From Lama glama (taxonomy: Eukaryota): a stretch of DNA of 64,000 bases. The stretch spans positions 8,620,001 through 8,684,000 of the forward strand of contig CM052832.1 in NCBI GenBank assembly GCA_028534125.1, in the 5' to 3' direction. Shown piece by piece: positions 37,855 through 52,800 of the stretch. Under the pieces are notes generated by a model. The model did not search any database. It was not told the origin of the DNA and saw only the letters and a program-made list of their open reading frames with translations. The stretch's first letter is position 1, and every line of letters starts with the position of its first letter. Made by a program: the position numbers and the translations under genes.

Positions 37855-40800
37855 GTAATCCCACCGCTCGACCAGGACTCCCTCCATACTCTAGCCCCCT
37901 CGCCCGGGGTTCCCTCTTCCAGAAACGCCCGGCGCCCCGAGGCCTCCAGGCCAGGGTCCCCAAGTCGAAGGCCCTCTACTCCCACGGGTCCCCTCGGCGA
38001 CGCCGTTACCTGGAGGTTCCTGATCTTCCCCGGGAGCTTCATTTGCACAATAACGGACTCGGGATGCACCTGGGCGCCGGGTCGGGAGGCATTGCTGCAT
38101 TTCCTAGGAATAGACTGATTCTTACTCTGGGTGAGGTGTAGAAAAGTTTGCCAGGGCTAGGGAAATCTCCAAGCCGTGTGCCTGGTACTTTTTCAATAGT
38201 TGGTGTCCTCAGTGTTCCGTGGTTTTGTAGCCCCTTAGACCAGAGCTTCGCCCTGGATCTTTGAAAGGCTGAAATGTCTTTGTGGTGAGTTAGGATTCCT
38301 TAAACCTTTCCAGGGTAGACACCTAGAGTGTAAACTGTTAGCTCTCTAAGTTGGAGCTGCCTCTCTGAAATCGAAGTGTGCTTACCCACAGGCATCGTAA
38401 TAGCTGCTACCACTTACTGGGTTAAGTGGCAGGAATGATACTTAGCCCTTGAGTTTACACATTCTCTTTGAACATTCGCAACTCTTTTGAGTTAAAATAA
38501 TTACCTCAGGTAAGATAGTTAGAATGCTTTCTTATTGAACAGCTGAGGAAGTAAGAAAGGTTTAAGTAACTTAACCAAAGACCACACAGCTAAGAGGTGG
38601 TGGAGTGTGATTCAATTCATATCTGCCTGGTTTCCAGCACCCTGATTTTAACTTTTATTTCCCTGCTGAAGAGATAAAATGTAGACGTAACACTGACGTC
38701 TCACTGTAATCACTATGCTAGTAGAGCCTCTGGGCAGAATTTGGTGTTTTGGAATTTGTTTTTATTATCAGTTCACTTATCTTTTTTTTTTAAACCCTGT
38801 GACGAAGTTTTTGTTTTCTTGAGTGACTCTCCAACAGTATCCAAGTGCTCTGGGTATGCTAGTCATAGGTGAATTGACTTGTCGCTATGTTAAAATTTTC
38901 ATAGCTGAACAGGTATTATCTGAATGTCAGTCACTACAGAGAAAGCAAGGAAAACAGAAAACTACTAGTTTCCGTAACCTCCCCTTTCTTCTCCAGCGCA
39001 CAACCTGTTTGCTCCAGTCTTTTCTGTCTCAGTAAATGACAACACCCATTGCTCAGCCAGAAACAGTGATGATCTCTCTTCTCCCAATCTGTAAGAATAA
39101 CTTCGTTTGTCTAACCTGTCAGCTCTCCCTCCAAAATACATCCCCCAAACTATCCTCCTGCCATCACTCTAAACCCTGTTACCTCATGCCCAGATTATTG
39201 CATTAGGCTCCTTTACACTCCACTCTGGTTACCTTCCAGTTTATTCTGTACCCAGCAATCAAAATAATTTTTAAAAACCATCATTTTATACGTTTGAGAA
39301 GTATTTATTGAACATCTACCATGTGGTTCTGGGCACTGGGGAGACAGTAGTTAAGAAACCAGTCAAAAACCCCTACCCTCATAGCACTTACATTCTAACA
39401 GGGGGAGTTGGATAATAAATAAGATAGAGAAGTAAAAGGTTTTGGCATGTTAAATATAGTTAAGTGCTAAGAGAAGAAGAAAACAGAAGAAAGTTATTTT
39501 TTATAAGGTAGCCAGGGAAGGCCTTCTAGGAGGTGAGTTTAATTAAGACCTGAAGGTGGAGGTATGACAGTGTGAGCACCTGGAGGAAGAATGTAGTTAG
39601 ATCACATTGCTCACCTGCTTGAAACCCTTCTGTGGCTTTTTACTACATTAAGAATACAATCCAGATTTCCTAACTGTGGCTTCTGCCTCTCTTCTCCTGT
39701 CACTTTGCTGCAGTTGCACTGGCCACCTTTCTGTTGCCCCAAACATGCTAAGCTCATTACAGAGCTTGTTCTTTTTGCCTTAAACTTCCTTCCATCTGTT
39801 CTTTGCAGGGCTAATATCTCATCACTGATGCTTCAGGTTAAATGATATCACATCAGAAAAGCCTTCTTTAACCATCTTATCTGAATTGGCTTCTTTTCCC
39901 CAATCTCTTTCATGTTACCATGTTTTAATGACTGTAGCACTTTTTAGCACTGTCAGAAGTATTTTTTTTTAAACCTGTTTTTGGCTTGCCTCCTTCACTG
40001 GAAATGTATAGGTTCTGGGAACAGACTTCATTCACTCCTGTAGCCCCATGCCCAGTACCAGTTAGTGAAAGAATAATAAGAGGTCAGTGATTGGAAGGGT
40101 TGAAAATAATGGGCTTTCATCTAAGAAAATGATAATATTTTTAAAGTGTTTTATTTTTGGAGTAGTATGTTACCATAGCCATTTCTCACCCTGTAGGATC
40201 ACAACTTCGTGACTAGGAAGGAGAACATTTTTGAGTGTAAGAATGTCTTGATCCTACTGACTATTATCTTTTGCTTTTGTAGAGACGCTCTCCTAGTCTG
40301 CGATCTGACTCTTCTTTGGAACAGAGCTTAAGGATCACTGTTGGCAATGACCACTTCTGTGTTGGCATACCAGAACGGCGGCGGCTCAGTGATCGACTGG
40401 GGTCACCAGTGGATAATCTGGAGGACATGGACAGGTAGGCTTCATCTGAGGCAGGGCACACCGTGGTAATGCTTGAAGGTAGAGAGATTGCTGTTTTCTA
40501 AATGATGTATTTGAAAGGGTGGTACCAGCACTGAAGTGATGCCCTATGTCCAATACAAAGTATAACATTGGAAAAGACTTTCTGAGTGGGCTAGACTGTG
40601 TTGCTGAAAGAATTACGTAGAAGAAAAGACTTTAGGTCATCCTGGCCTAATTGGGAAGGGGAAAGTTGAAGGGACATAAACAGAGTCCCCCAAATTAAAA
40701 ACAGTTAAGATAATATAGATTCTACAATGTTAGAACTCGAGATCCCTTCTGGAAAGGCAAGTTCTGGAAAAAATAGGAAATCTTTTTAAAATGGTGTTAT

Positions 40801-43800
40801 TTTTCAGTTTGTCCAGGCTAAAATACAGATTCAGAAAGGGTTTAGGTAAATGTGTGTCTAATAAATACATATGTGCATATATATTAAATATAGAGACATT
40901 AACAGAAAGAGATCTTTAAACATGTTTAATTTTAGTTACTACTTTACAGCTATCGAGTGCTGAGGAAGGGCAAGTACGCTCCACAGAGTATTAAATATAG
41001 ATCTCAGATATTAGGAAATTAGATATATATATATATATATATATAGGAAGTAAATAATAACATTAGGTGTTTTTCACCTCAGAAAAGTAAAAAAAGTAAG
41101 GATGGGAGTGCAGGGAAAGCACTTTTTCTGAGAGCTGAGAACCATGTCTGTTAATGGTCTCTGCCCAGCACATTGGGAGTTTTCCCAAATGTTAGCAGTA
41201 GCAATAAATCAATATAATGTTCTTTCAAACTGAGACTGTCCATGCGGTAGTGCACAGAGTATAGGCAGGCAGGTGGGGGACAGCTGGGCAGGAAGTCTGA
41301 GGATCACTGTTGCCCTTTGGTAATATTTACTTCAAAGCTTCAGTGGCTATTCAATGCACTGAAGCAAGACAGGACAATTCTGTGTCATATAACACTGAAA
41401 CTTCTGAAGATATTGCTTCAAGATGTGACTATATCACTTAATTGAGGCAACAGCCCTTGCCCTTCTGGCTGCTTCTATTTTGGGAGATGATTAAGTAGGC
41501 AGTCGGAGTAGGTGGTGTGTGGTGTGATTCTCTTCCTTCCTCGCTGAGGTTTTGAGGTAACTTTAGCATTTCCTTTTGTTAGTCCTAGGGTTTTACCTCC
41601 CCTTTCCATAAACTTTGTTATACATGTGTGCTTCAGGTAGCCAGTTGTCTGTAAGTTATAAAAATAAAAAATTTCCTCTTAGGGAGTTTGGGGTAGTAAC
41701 CTTTACTGAATCATGTTTCAGAGAGAGAAGTTTATTTTAGAGAAAGTGAGATAAAGTTTCTAAAAGGAGGTACCAGACTATTCTTTAGACTTTTTGCCCC
41801 CAGCAGTCTTGCTCAATATGGTTTGTGTGGCTAAATACTGCCCACTAAAACCAGGCCATAGGAATGTTAGCATTCTCAGAACATCTTCCTAACAATGAAT
41901 ACAGTCTTCAGCTAATGAAACAGGTCATTTCCATCCTTTGTATACAGATGTGTGTTTATTTTTTCCTCAGACTCGATGTTCTTTCTCTTCCCATATTGAA
42001 TCTGTTAAATTTTATACCGGGTTTGGTTTACAGCCAAATTGCCAGGGTTGTCAGTGTTCTCACCTTGGCATCTCTACATAGGACAGTAACTTATTCTATA
42101 TTTATTTGTTTTTTTGTAATGGAGGTACCAGGAATTGAACCCAGAACCTTGTGCATGCTAAGCATGCACTCTACCACTGAGCTACAGCCTCCGCCCATGT
42201 AACTTATTCTGAAAAAGGAGTATAAACAGGTTGTGTGAAAACTGTTAGCTTCTAAAGACTTGTGGATGTGAGGTCCATTTCCCCTGTTTATCAAAGTACT
42301 CTGCATGTTATATGTTCCATTCATGGAACTCTCATCTAACTCTCCTTGACCTGATGTAGGTTTAGGGAGTAGGACATTTTTCCCTCTGATTTAACTTAGG
42401 GAAAAGACAAAAGCAAACAGCTTTCTTCAGGCATTTTGAGGAATCAGCAAAGGAAAGGAATGGAAAGTTTGGACTCTGAAGGACCTTTTTATTATTGTTG
42501 TTGTTCTTATTATTATATGCACTTTTAACAGCTTTATTGAGCCATAATTCATGTATCATACAATTCACCCATTTAGAGTGTATGGTTCAGGGACTTCTAG
42601 TATCTTTACAGAGTTGTTGATCCATCACTATGATCAATTTTATAACATTTTTACTACCTTACCCTTAGCTGTTAGCACCCCACCAAACCCTACCTACTAT
42701 TAATACCACTAATCCATTCTCTGTCTCTATAGATTTACCTTTTCTGGCTATTTTGTGTAAATAGAATCATACAATATATGGTCCTTTTTGACCGGCTTCT
42801 TTCACGTAGCATAATGTTTTCAGGATTCATTCATGTTTTAGCGTATAACAGTGCTTCATTCCTTTTTTATTGCCAGTAATATTTCATTGTGTGTATTTTG
42901 TTTACCCACTCATCAGTGATGAATGGATAGATAAATATTTGAATTGTTTCTACTTTTTGGTTATTATGAATAATGCTGCTATGAACATTGATCTACAAAC
43001 TTTTATGTGGATGTATGTTACCATATTTTTTAATCTTGTGTAATGGAATTTGTAGGTTAGGAAAAAGTAGAATAGTACAGTGGGCCGCCATGTACCCATT
43101 ACCTACACCTGACAATCAATTTTTTAAATAGAGTTTAATCTTAGAAAAGAGTTAGACTTAACCAAAGCTTTCAGAAAGAGTTTGTTATTGGACTATTCTG
43201 AGCTACAGGGCATCAGAACCCTTTTAGGACTTACTTTTACAGCAGTCAGTTCTCTTTCTTATCCTTCGGGATAATAAGCAACCTGATTTCTGCTTGTATT
43301 TATATGATAGCTCATTCATTTAGCTGTTTCTATGCCTTTCATTGTTTTTTTTGACTCCTTTTGCTGGAGATCACACATCTGACTGAGACTTTCTGAGAGC
43401 TATTTCATTATTTCTACCTTCTTGATATTTAGTGTTGGATTAGACCTTAGGCTAATATGTCACTTGCTGGTGATATGTAATAGTTCTGGTGGGGAACTGA
43501 ATGTGGGAACATGGATGAACTTGCCACTACCCATGGAGCCTGTGTTTTTCCCCTTCACTAATATGATCAGAGACTATTTGGCGGATGATGTTTTGGCAAT
43601 GGAGTGAGTTTCTAAACTTTCCTCCCTGGAAATATGTGTATTCATAGCTGACAAACCTTCCAGAGTAAAATATTTTACTCTAGTTATGTTTGATTTCAGC
43701 AGTCATCCTTGGTCATTCTCATTCTTTCCTATTTTGTACTGTATTGGGACCTCAAAGTTCCCCAGATTCTTGGGAAGGAGGTAACAGGAACCTGGATTCC

Positions 43801-46800
43801 CACAGGTGGCACTCTTACAGAGGATGTGATAAAGGTTGTTCTTTATAGTCTTTCATAAAGTTATTTATAGCTGTTACCCAGGTCTAAAACTTTGAACGAA
43901 GACTGGGTTAGTGAATAAGGAAAGGCAACTCTTTGATGTTCTGCTAACTTAGTTCCAGAGATAGGAAAACAATTATTAAAAAACAAAGAAAAGTCATTTC
44001 TAGAGACTCACAAAAAAACAGAAGTAGCTACTAGAAACTGCAGAAGATAGCAATAATTACCATCCTCTGGATGGTAATTCACTGTGGAATGTGAGTGACA
44101 TATAAATTTTTCAGTTGTATACTTAAAGTGCTAGGGGATCTTTATTTCTATCTGTGATTTAAATCAGAAACTTTTGGGGGGACAGTAGAAACTCTGTGAC
44201 CATAATGCCCAAAAAGATTAGGACTGTTCTGTGGTATAGAGCTCTAAGCTAAAAGGACAGATGTCCCATCCTGTGTTTTTACCTTCTTGCCATCAAGGTC
44301 TAAGACCTTTTTATTTCTATGAAATAAAAATATATAGTGAGATAAATTATTACATACCCTTTCCTGGGCCTAAGATTAGCAGAGTGCTTATCGATATCCA
44401 GGCAAGGCAGGAAACGGGTAACAAAACAGGCTATGAGGGAGTTTTGTGGTTTTTCATATGTGAGCCAGCAAAGCAAAGCAATTGGAGAACCTTCTAAAAT
44501 TTAGGAGAAAATCATGCCAATTAGATAGATCAGTAGTTTAAAAAATTTTTTCTCCCTACAGTGAAATTCATTTTTCCAAATGAAATGTTCTATAAAATTT
44601 TACTATATAAAAAAATAAAATTGGGCCAGTATGATTTCAGTGAGGTGGAAGGCCCAGAGTGGTGCAGGCTCTCTACCTGTTTTTTAGGCAGTTCCTGAGC
44701 ATTCTTCAGAATCACTGTGGAACACAGCTTGAAAATCATTGATCTGGACTAGTGTCTATCAAATTTTAAAGTGCATACACATCACCTGGAGAGCTTGTTA
44801 AAATGCAGATTCTGATTTAGTAGGCCTGGGTGGAGTCTGAGAATCTGCATTTCTATAAAGTTCTTGGGTTATACTGATATTGCTGATTCAGACCGCACTT
44901 TTAGTAGCAAAGAGCTACAATTTAGCTCGTTGAAGTTATGTAACTCAGGGCTCTTTGTAGTGTGGTCATGGTGTTTTCACATTTCCCAAACCCTAGCATG
45001 ATCCTCTGCATCCCCAAAGTCTAATCAAAGAGATTGGACTAAAAGCTCTGTCTAAGTAGATTAGTAATCTCTCCCCTTCCTTAGAGACTGAAGCTGCTTG
45101 TGCCCTGGGGAAGGGGAGAAGAAATATTTAATGTATATACATAGATTTGTTCCTGGACTTCATAATATTGTCTTTTGTCCTAAGCATTCTTTAGCCCCCT
45201 TGCCAAATGTCAGTCTCTTAGCCTTGTCTAGTCTTGCTCTTTTCAATCCAGGATGTTCAGTCATTCTTGTCTCTTTCCTTAGGGATGACCTGACTGATGA
45301 TTCTGTCTTCACTCGAAGCTCTCAATGCTCTCGAGGTCTTGAACGATATATTTCCCGGGAGGAGGCGCCTCTCAGTCCCTTCTTGGGACAACTTGATGAG
45401 GACTACCGAGCGAGGGAAACTTTCCTGCATCGTTCCGATTATAGTCCCCATATCACTTGTCATGATGAGCTGTTGCGGGGTACAGAACGGACTAGAGACA
45501 AACTCAAAGGCTCCTACTCTATGCGACCTGAGGAAAGGAGCCGGGAGGTCAAACGGGCCCGTTATGATGACACAGAGAAGATACACAGCATGGGAGGTGA
45601 TCACCCAAGTTTTACATCAGGGACCCGCAACTATCGACAGCGTAGACGGAGTCCAAGCCCTAGGTTTCTAGACCCTGAGTTTCGAGAGCTGGACCTTGCC
45701 AGGCGAAAACGAGAGGAAGAGGAACGAAGTAGGAGCTTAAGTCAGGATCTGGTGGGAGTTGATGGTGGTGGCACTAGTTGTCCCATCCCTGGATTGTCAG
45801 GTGTCCTAACTGCATCAGAGCAAGGATATTCTTTACATCGGCCTGAGGAAGTGTCTGTGATGCCCAAGAAGTCAATTCTGAAGAAGCGGATTGAGGTGGA
45901 CATGGAGCCTTCCATGCAGGTCTGTGCTGCGTTTCTTCTAGGGTCTCTTGCTATTCCCTCTGTTATCTTAAAGCCTAGTTACTTTCCTGGGGACTGTGTC
46001 CCTAAAGAATCTTTGGGATATATGCTGGACCGACACTGTTATGCTGTACAGGACCTTCCAGGACTCTCCAAAGGAAACTGTAGGCCTCATAATGCAACAG
46101 TAGAGAGCTTCTATTGTCATGTATTAGGCTTTCTAAACAGACGTTTTGGAGAGTATCTGTTACAATTTTTTTTCTCTAAATTGGATAGTCCTGTAGGAAT
46201 CTTTGAATATGGATTTCTTGGAAATGAAGGTTGAAGGGCAAAGGGAGGAGCTGATCTGAATTTTCCTCGTCTCTTAAGAGAGAAGAAAAAAATGTATGAA
46301 CGGTAGGACACTAGACCAGAAACCAGATGATTCTGATTTGGGACCCATCTCTGCTATCAATTTGCTATGTAATTTTTAGACAATTCACCTAAACCATTCC
46401 GGGTGGGTTTTTTTCTCACTTATGGAAAGATGGTCAAGCATGAGCATTAGTTTTTAGCTGTGTTCTTAGTAGCTAAATGTTTCTGAAGAAGTACCTGAGG
46501 GCAATTAGGGACACAAGGGGAGGCTGATTTGTTAGGGTTTCAGAGTTTCCTGACCCTACTTCAATCAAAGCAGCTCCACTTCTATGTTTTATTCTTTTGG
46601 GGATCCATAAAAATGAAAACAAGCTAGGGCATCTTGAAAGTCCTTTTGAATTCACATTCCTTGATAAGACTACAACAAATGGGCAAAAGTGAAGATTCGA
46701 TCCAATCTGCCTTGTTTTCTATTTCCCCTTGCTACAGCAGAACCATCTGGAGAAATGGGAACCCAAATCTTGAACCTAAGGACGTCCCTTTCTTCCATAC

Positions 46801-49800
46801 TTATCTTTCCCCTATTAATTCAAGAAGAACAAAGTATTTAAGTGTTTATCTAATTACTAGTTTCTGAGATTCTGCATAGAGGCTAAATCAGTTATATTTA
46901 TCTTTGCAGCTTGAGAGTTTTTCCAGCAGTACCAGCTCCAACCAGGATCACCCTCTTTACTCTGGACACTCATCTCTTCCAATAAGTGGTGCTATTGCTG
47001 CTTTTGCCTCAGAGGTGGAAAGCAACAAGGGGACTATGGTAGAGACTACCCTGAAGGAATCTCAGGGCAACCTCTACCAGTGGGGCCCCCTCCCTGGGAT
47101 ACCCAAAGACAGTAGTCCCCTCAGAGAGAAGTTTGGAAGTTTTCTGTGCCACAAGGAGAAATTGGATATGAAGGCTGAGGGACCTGAGCGACACACAGAC
47201 TTCTTGCTTCCTCATGAGAGAGCTAGCCAGGATGGCAGTGGTTTTTCCTGCATTCTGAGCATGTTGGCGGATTCTACCAGTACTCAGGAAAAAAGGCGAC
47301 GTAGTTTCCCTGACATTGAGGATGAGGAGAAATTTCTCTATGGAGATGAAGAAGAGGACTTAAAGGCAGAATCTCCACCAAAACCACTTGGGAGCTCTGA
47401 AAGTGAAGTTATGAGGCAGAAGGCAAGCTCCCTACCCTCTTCAACTCCAGCTGTAAAGCTGGAATCAATAGAAGAGACCAGTCCAGAATATGCCAAGATT
47501 CATGACTTGCTCAAGACCATAGGGCTGGATATTGGGGTAGCAGAGATTAGTAAACTGGCTGCGCGTACCCAGGAACGACTTCATGGCAAAAAGCCATCAC
47601 GTTCCTCTGCTGACCGCCGTTCCTCAGTTGACCGGCAGTTTTCAGCAGATCTCTGTTCCTCAGTTGACCGCCGTTTCTCAGCTGATCGGCATTCTGCAGA
47701 TCCTCACAGATTGGAGAGCGGGGAGGCACACCATAGTAATACCCACTCTCCAGAGGTGTCCCATCCACACCCAGTCTCCCCTGTGGATCCTTACCTACTC
47801 ACAAAAAACAGTCCCCCATTCCTAAAGTCTGACCATCCAGTGGGTCATATTGCAGGACCCGAGGTGGTTGGCAGTGGGTTTCAGTCATCTGTTGCAGTCA
47901 GGTGCCTGTTGCCATCAGCCCCACCTACCCCAATTAGACTTCCACACCCTGCTTCTTTATCTCAGTTTCATATGCCAAGGACCTCTCAGTTTGCTGCAGC
48001 TCGGATACCTCCAAATTACCAGGGACCTGCCATTCCCCCTGCTTCCTTTGATGCCTATAGACACTACATGGCATATGCAGCCTCAAGGTGGCCCATGTAT
48101 CCCACCTCCCAGCCTTCAAACCATCCTCTCCCTGAACCACACAGGATAATGCCCGTTACCAAACAGGCTACCCGTAGCCGTCCCAATCTCCGCGTGATCC
48201 CCACTGTGACTCCTGATGAGCCCAAGCAGGAGGAGTCAGTGCTAGGCTCAATTCCTGCTGCCCAAGTGCCTGTCCAGTTGTCTATCCCATCACTCATAAG
48301 ATATAATCCGGAGAAGATCTCTGATGAGAAGAACCGTGCTTCCCAGAAGCAAAAGGTAAATATTAGCTTTGGGCAGTCTGTGCCCAAATCTTCTGTTTTA
48401 ACATAAATTTGTATTTGTCTTTTACAGAGCTGAAAATTTAAGGCTCTTTTACTTTAAGGTCTTTAGAGGCTGCTATCATTACCCTAAGTAATGTATATAT
48501 ATGCTGTCTGTTTTGTGTTTTTTCGTTTGGACTAAAGTCTGGCCCTAGGTCCCATTGTGATTGCTAGACTTCTTTTTCCTTTTTTTAAGTTTATTTCTCT
48601 TTCTGAAAAATCAGCCTTAGGACACTATGGGTAGGAGCTGGGAGCCTTGAAGTCTTCAATACGACCTCATCAGAGAGTGAGGAACTAAAATTGGGTTGGT
48701 TGAAGGAGAATCAGGAAATATTTGTTTCATCCCAATAAGTTTGGGACCCTTTTCCTTTAGTGATTATGAGGTTTAAAAGCTAATAACTAGTTATTGCTTA
48801 GTAATTAAACCAAGAAATAAACTTTGCTTATCTGATTTAACTTAGAATCCAGGAATAACAATAAATTCTCATGACACTTTTTTTTAAAAGTAGTTTTTAT
48901 ACTGTCAAGGTTCATTGTGTTCCTAGGCTGTAGGAAGGGAGCAGTGGCTGGGGTAAAGAATAATTATAGATGTTTTAAAGCAGTAGATAAAAATTATGTA
49001 GAGATGAGAAGTACAGAATAGACGAATTTTGAATGGAATAATTAATACATAATGTTAATTTTAAAGGTCCTTAATAAGTAATAACTCACTCTGTTAAACA
49101 AGGTGACCTAAGGACCATAAAATTGTAATATGTATAAACTTGGTTTGCTACTAAAATAATTAAGACCTGAGGAGAAAAATAGAAAGAGTAAAATTGGAGG
49201 GCCAGTTTCACTTTTTTCCAGTTTTAAAGAAATTTAATCTTTGAGAAGACTATATCTCCTCTTAATTTTCCATTGTACTTGGGTACCCTGAACTTCGATC
49301 TTTTGTTTTTGAAGTCTTGGGAAAGAGGATGGGTTCAATAACAACAGAATCTAAGACTGCCAAGACACCATCTGGAGACTAGTGCTTTCCCTTTACTTTC
49401 CTTTTAAGAAACTAGCACTTAAATCAATGCTGACAACATACAGGTTTTTCACATGAGCCCGTTATAGACAAGCCATATTTGTTTTTTCCATTAGGTGGTA
49501 GTAATTAATACAGTTAAAAGATCATGGGCTTTAGGGCATACATACCTCGACTTTAAATCCTCTTACTATATGATCTTGGATATGTTAATCTTTTGCAACC
49601 TCAGTTTTCTTAATGTAAAACAGAGATAAAGTCATGGTTAAATAAGATGATATATGTAATGCAGCTAAAAGTGTGCCTCATCCATAGCACACATTAGTTC
49701 CCTTCTTGATGGTTCCCTTTGGGCTCAGAATGCTATCTAGTAATAGTACAGTGCTTTCTGCACAAAAATAGTACTTTTTTTTGCATATTATTAAGTTTTG

Positions 49801-52800
49801 TTTTTTATTGAAGTGTAGTTGATTTACAGCTAGATTTGTTTCAGGTGTATAGCAAAGCAATTCAGTTATACATATACATATATATATTTTTGGATTCTTT
49901 TCCATTATATGTTAATACAAGAAACTGAATATAGTTGCCTGTGCTATACAGTAGGTCCTTGAAAAATAATACTTTCTGGTCGATGTAGTTCTGAAAAGGA
50001 TACTTCTGTTCTGGCACTTGGATTGAAATGAAACATCGCTTTCACTATAAAGTCAGATCCTCTGTGTGCAGGCATTTGGATATTATGTAGCATGAAGTTG
50101 TATGGAAGAGAACAATAGAAAAGGAAGGATATTGGAGGCTGAAGGATCTCTTACCATGTTGTACTTTGCAGGTTATTGAAGAGAGGGAAAAACTAAAGAG
50201 TGACCGGGAAGCTCGCCAGAAGAAGATGTACTATCTCAGGACTGAGTTGGAGCGGCTTCATAAACAACAAGGTATCAGGCACTTCTTTGCATACTGCCTT
50301 TACTAGGAGACCTCAGTGGAGAGCTTTCAGGACTCTCAGACAGGTTCATTGATGTGACGCCTCACTTTCAAAATTTTTTTGGTATCATTAGGCATGTAGA
50401 AAAGTTGCAACAATAGTGTAAAGAACTCTCAGGTATTTTCCATGATTATTAGCATTTTACATATTTACTCTATCCTTGTTTTCTCTCAATCATGTGTGTA
50501 TGCATGTGTGAGTTTGATTTTATCTGAACTATTAAAGAGTGAGTTGTAGATAGGATGTTCTTTTACTCCTAAACACTTCAGTGTGTATCTTCTAACAACA
50601 AAGAATTCACTTGTATAACCAAAGTACACATATCCAAATTAGGAAATTAACAGTAATATACTAGTCAGTAACACTGATCTTACTCACTTTTCATCCGTTG
50701 TCCCACAAGAAAATGCAAGATTATACATTGTATTCATTTGTCATGTTCTTTTAGTCTCCTTTGATCTGTAACAGTTCCTGAATCTTTGTATTTCATGACA
50801 CTGACATTTTAGAAGACAAATGGTCACATATTTTGTGGAATGTCCTTTAATTTTGATTTGTCTAATGTTTCCTTATGATTAAATTCAGGTTATGCGTTTT
50901 TGAGTGGAACATCACAGAAGTGATGCTGAGTTCTTATCAGATGTTGTTTTGTCCCATACTGGTGATGTCAGTTTTGATCATTTGGTTAAGGTGGTGTCTG
51001 CTGGGTTTCTCCACTGTAAGGTTACTGTTTTACCCTTTTCAGCTAATAAGTATCTTATAGGGAGATACTTTGAGACTATGTAAATATTCAGTTACTCCTC
51101 AAACTGGCCCACAAGTTTCAGCATTCATTGATGATTTTTGCCTGAATCAGTTATTATTATGATGGTTGTCAAATAGTAATTTTCTAATTTCATCATTCCT
51201 TCTACCTTAAGTAGTTGGCTTTCTACTGTAAGAAGCTTTCCACCCACCCTTCCTTTCCCCATTTATTTATCCTTTTTTTTTTTTTTTCCCCTTAATGGAG
51301 GCATGGGGGATTGAACCCAGGAACTCATGTACTCCAAGCATGTGCTCTACCACTGAGCTAAACCCTCCATTCCCCCCATTAATTTATCCTTTTATATCAA
51401 TATGAACTCATGGATTCTTCGTTCAATAGGTTATAATATTTTACTATTATTATTTATCTTCATGCTCAAATTGCTCAAGATTTGGCCAGTGGGAGCCCAT
51501 TTAAGTTGACTCCTATGCCCTTTTGTTATGTGCCCATTATTTTTTGACTTCCTTTTTGGCACAAGAAGATGTTCCATGATGCTTCTATTGATTCTCTCTC
51601 TTCATCTATGCTTTTAGGAATTCATATACACACTAAGGAAAGAACATAGCAAGATACCTAAATATTACAGCTTGGTGATAGCATGAAAGAACAGAGAGTA
51701 GTAGAAGATATAATTTCTTCTCTTTGGGTTTGGATGGTTTAGGGATAAAAAGCCTAGTTATTTATCCTTTGAGGATTAATTCTCCTACAGTTTGGAATGG
51801 GAGGTAACATTAGGTAAGTCTGAGGGAAAAACTAAAACTCAGTGGAGGTGTTGGTGAAGGGTCCTAAAATCAGATAAAGTCACATACATGACTGAATGTT
51901 TTTTGTTTTTTGTTTTTGGCCCTCTGAATAATTCTTTGGTTCTCTGAAGAGGACACCCACAGGATTCATAGTTACAACATATATTAACCTTTTTGGAGAC
52001 ACATGCGCACAAACTTGTATATACCATTTTGGGGATTCATGGAGCCCCTCTCTGAAATCTGTCCATAGACCTTTAGCTAGTAACCCCTAAGTAAGAGACA
52101 GTGTAATCACTCAACCTTTACCTTCATAGGAGCTTCATCTAAACCAGCCCATTGCTTTTAGAATGTTTTATAGGGAAAGGTTTTATGACCACAAAATCTT
52201 GAGAATTACTGCTTATTATTGAAACATGTCTTATTGTCTTAACTTACTTTCCTTGTGTGTGTTTCTGTTGGCATTTGACCATTAAGGGGAAATGCTGCGT
52301 AAGAAACGAAGGGAGAAGGATGGTCACAAAGACCCACTCCTGGTGGAGGTGAGTCGGCTTCAGGATAACATTATGAAGGACATTGCAGAACTTCGACAAG
52401 AGGCAGAAGAGGCAGAAAAAAAGCAATCTGAACTGGACAAAGTGGCTCAGATCTTGGGAATTAACATTTTGGATAAATCCCAGAAGTCTTCAAATGATAG
52501 TAGAGAGCTTATGGAGAAGTCTGGGAAAGCAGAAAAGTCTAAGAGCCCAGAAAAAGTGTCGTCATCCTCAAACTCCTCTTCCAATAGCAAGGTAACAACT
52601 CAGCTTTTCCATTTATGTTACCTTTTGTTTCCTTGGATTCCTAATGAAGCCTTCTAATGAACTGTTTTCTTAACTTCCTTTTCTAAACTGTTCTTACTCT
52701 TGCTAGAGTTATTTTTGTAAAGCATAGTTCAAATCATGCTACTCTCCTTCAGAATTTTAGCAGTTCTCCATTGCCTGCAAAGTAGAATCCCAAATCCTCA

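Larger units (their letters stand above)
36400..38090. promoter_or_regulatory. ZNF318 CpG island promoter: E-box GTCACGTGG (36963), ETS-like GGAAGT, GC box GGGCGG (36991), YY1 motif CCGCCATCTT (37005)
   Basis: Very high GC and CpG content; motifs read directly from the sequence. Confidence 0.85.

Noticed and set aside
36814..38118. Long overlapping ORFs (434 aa +, 395 aa -, 296 aa +, 175 aa -) at the ZNF318 5' end
   Set aside because: Expected from stop-codon depletion in an extremely GC-rich CpG island and antisense to a repetitive exon. Only 37393-37854 matches the known protein.
45098..46234. 378-aa ORF extending beyond ZNF318 exon 3 on both sides
   Set aside because: The flanks have canonical splice sites and translate as low-information intronic sequence. 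No evidence of coding use.
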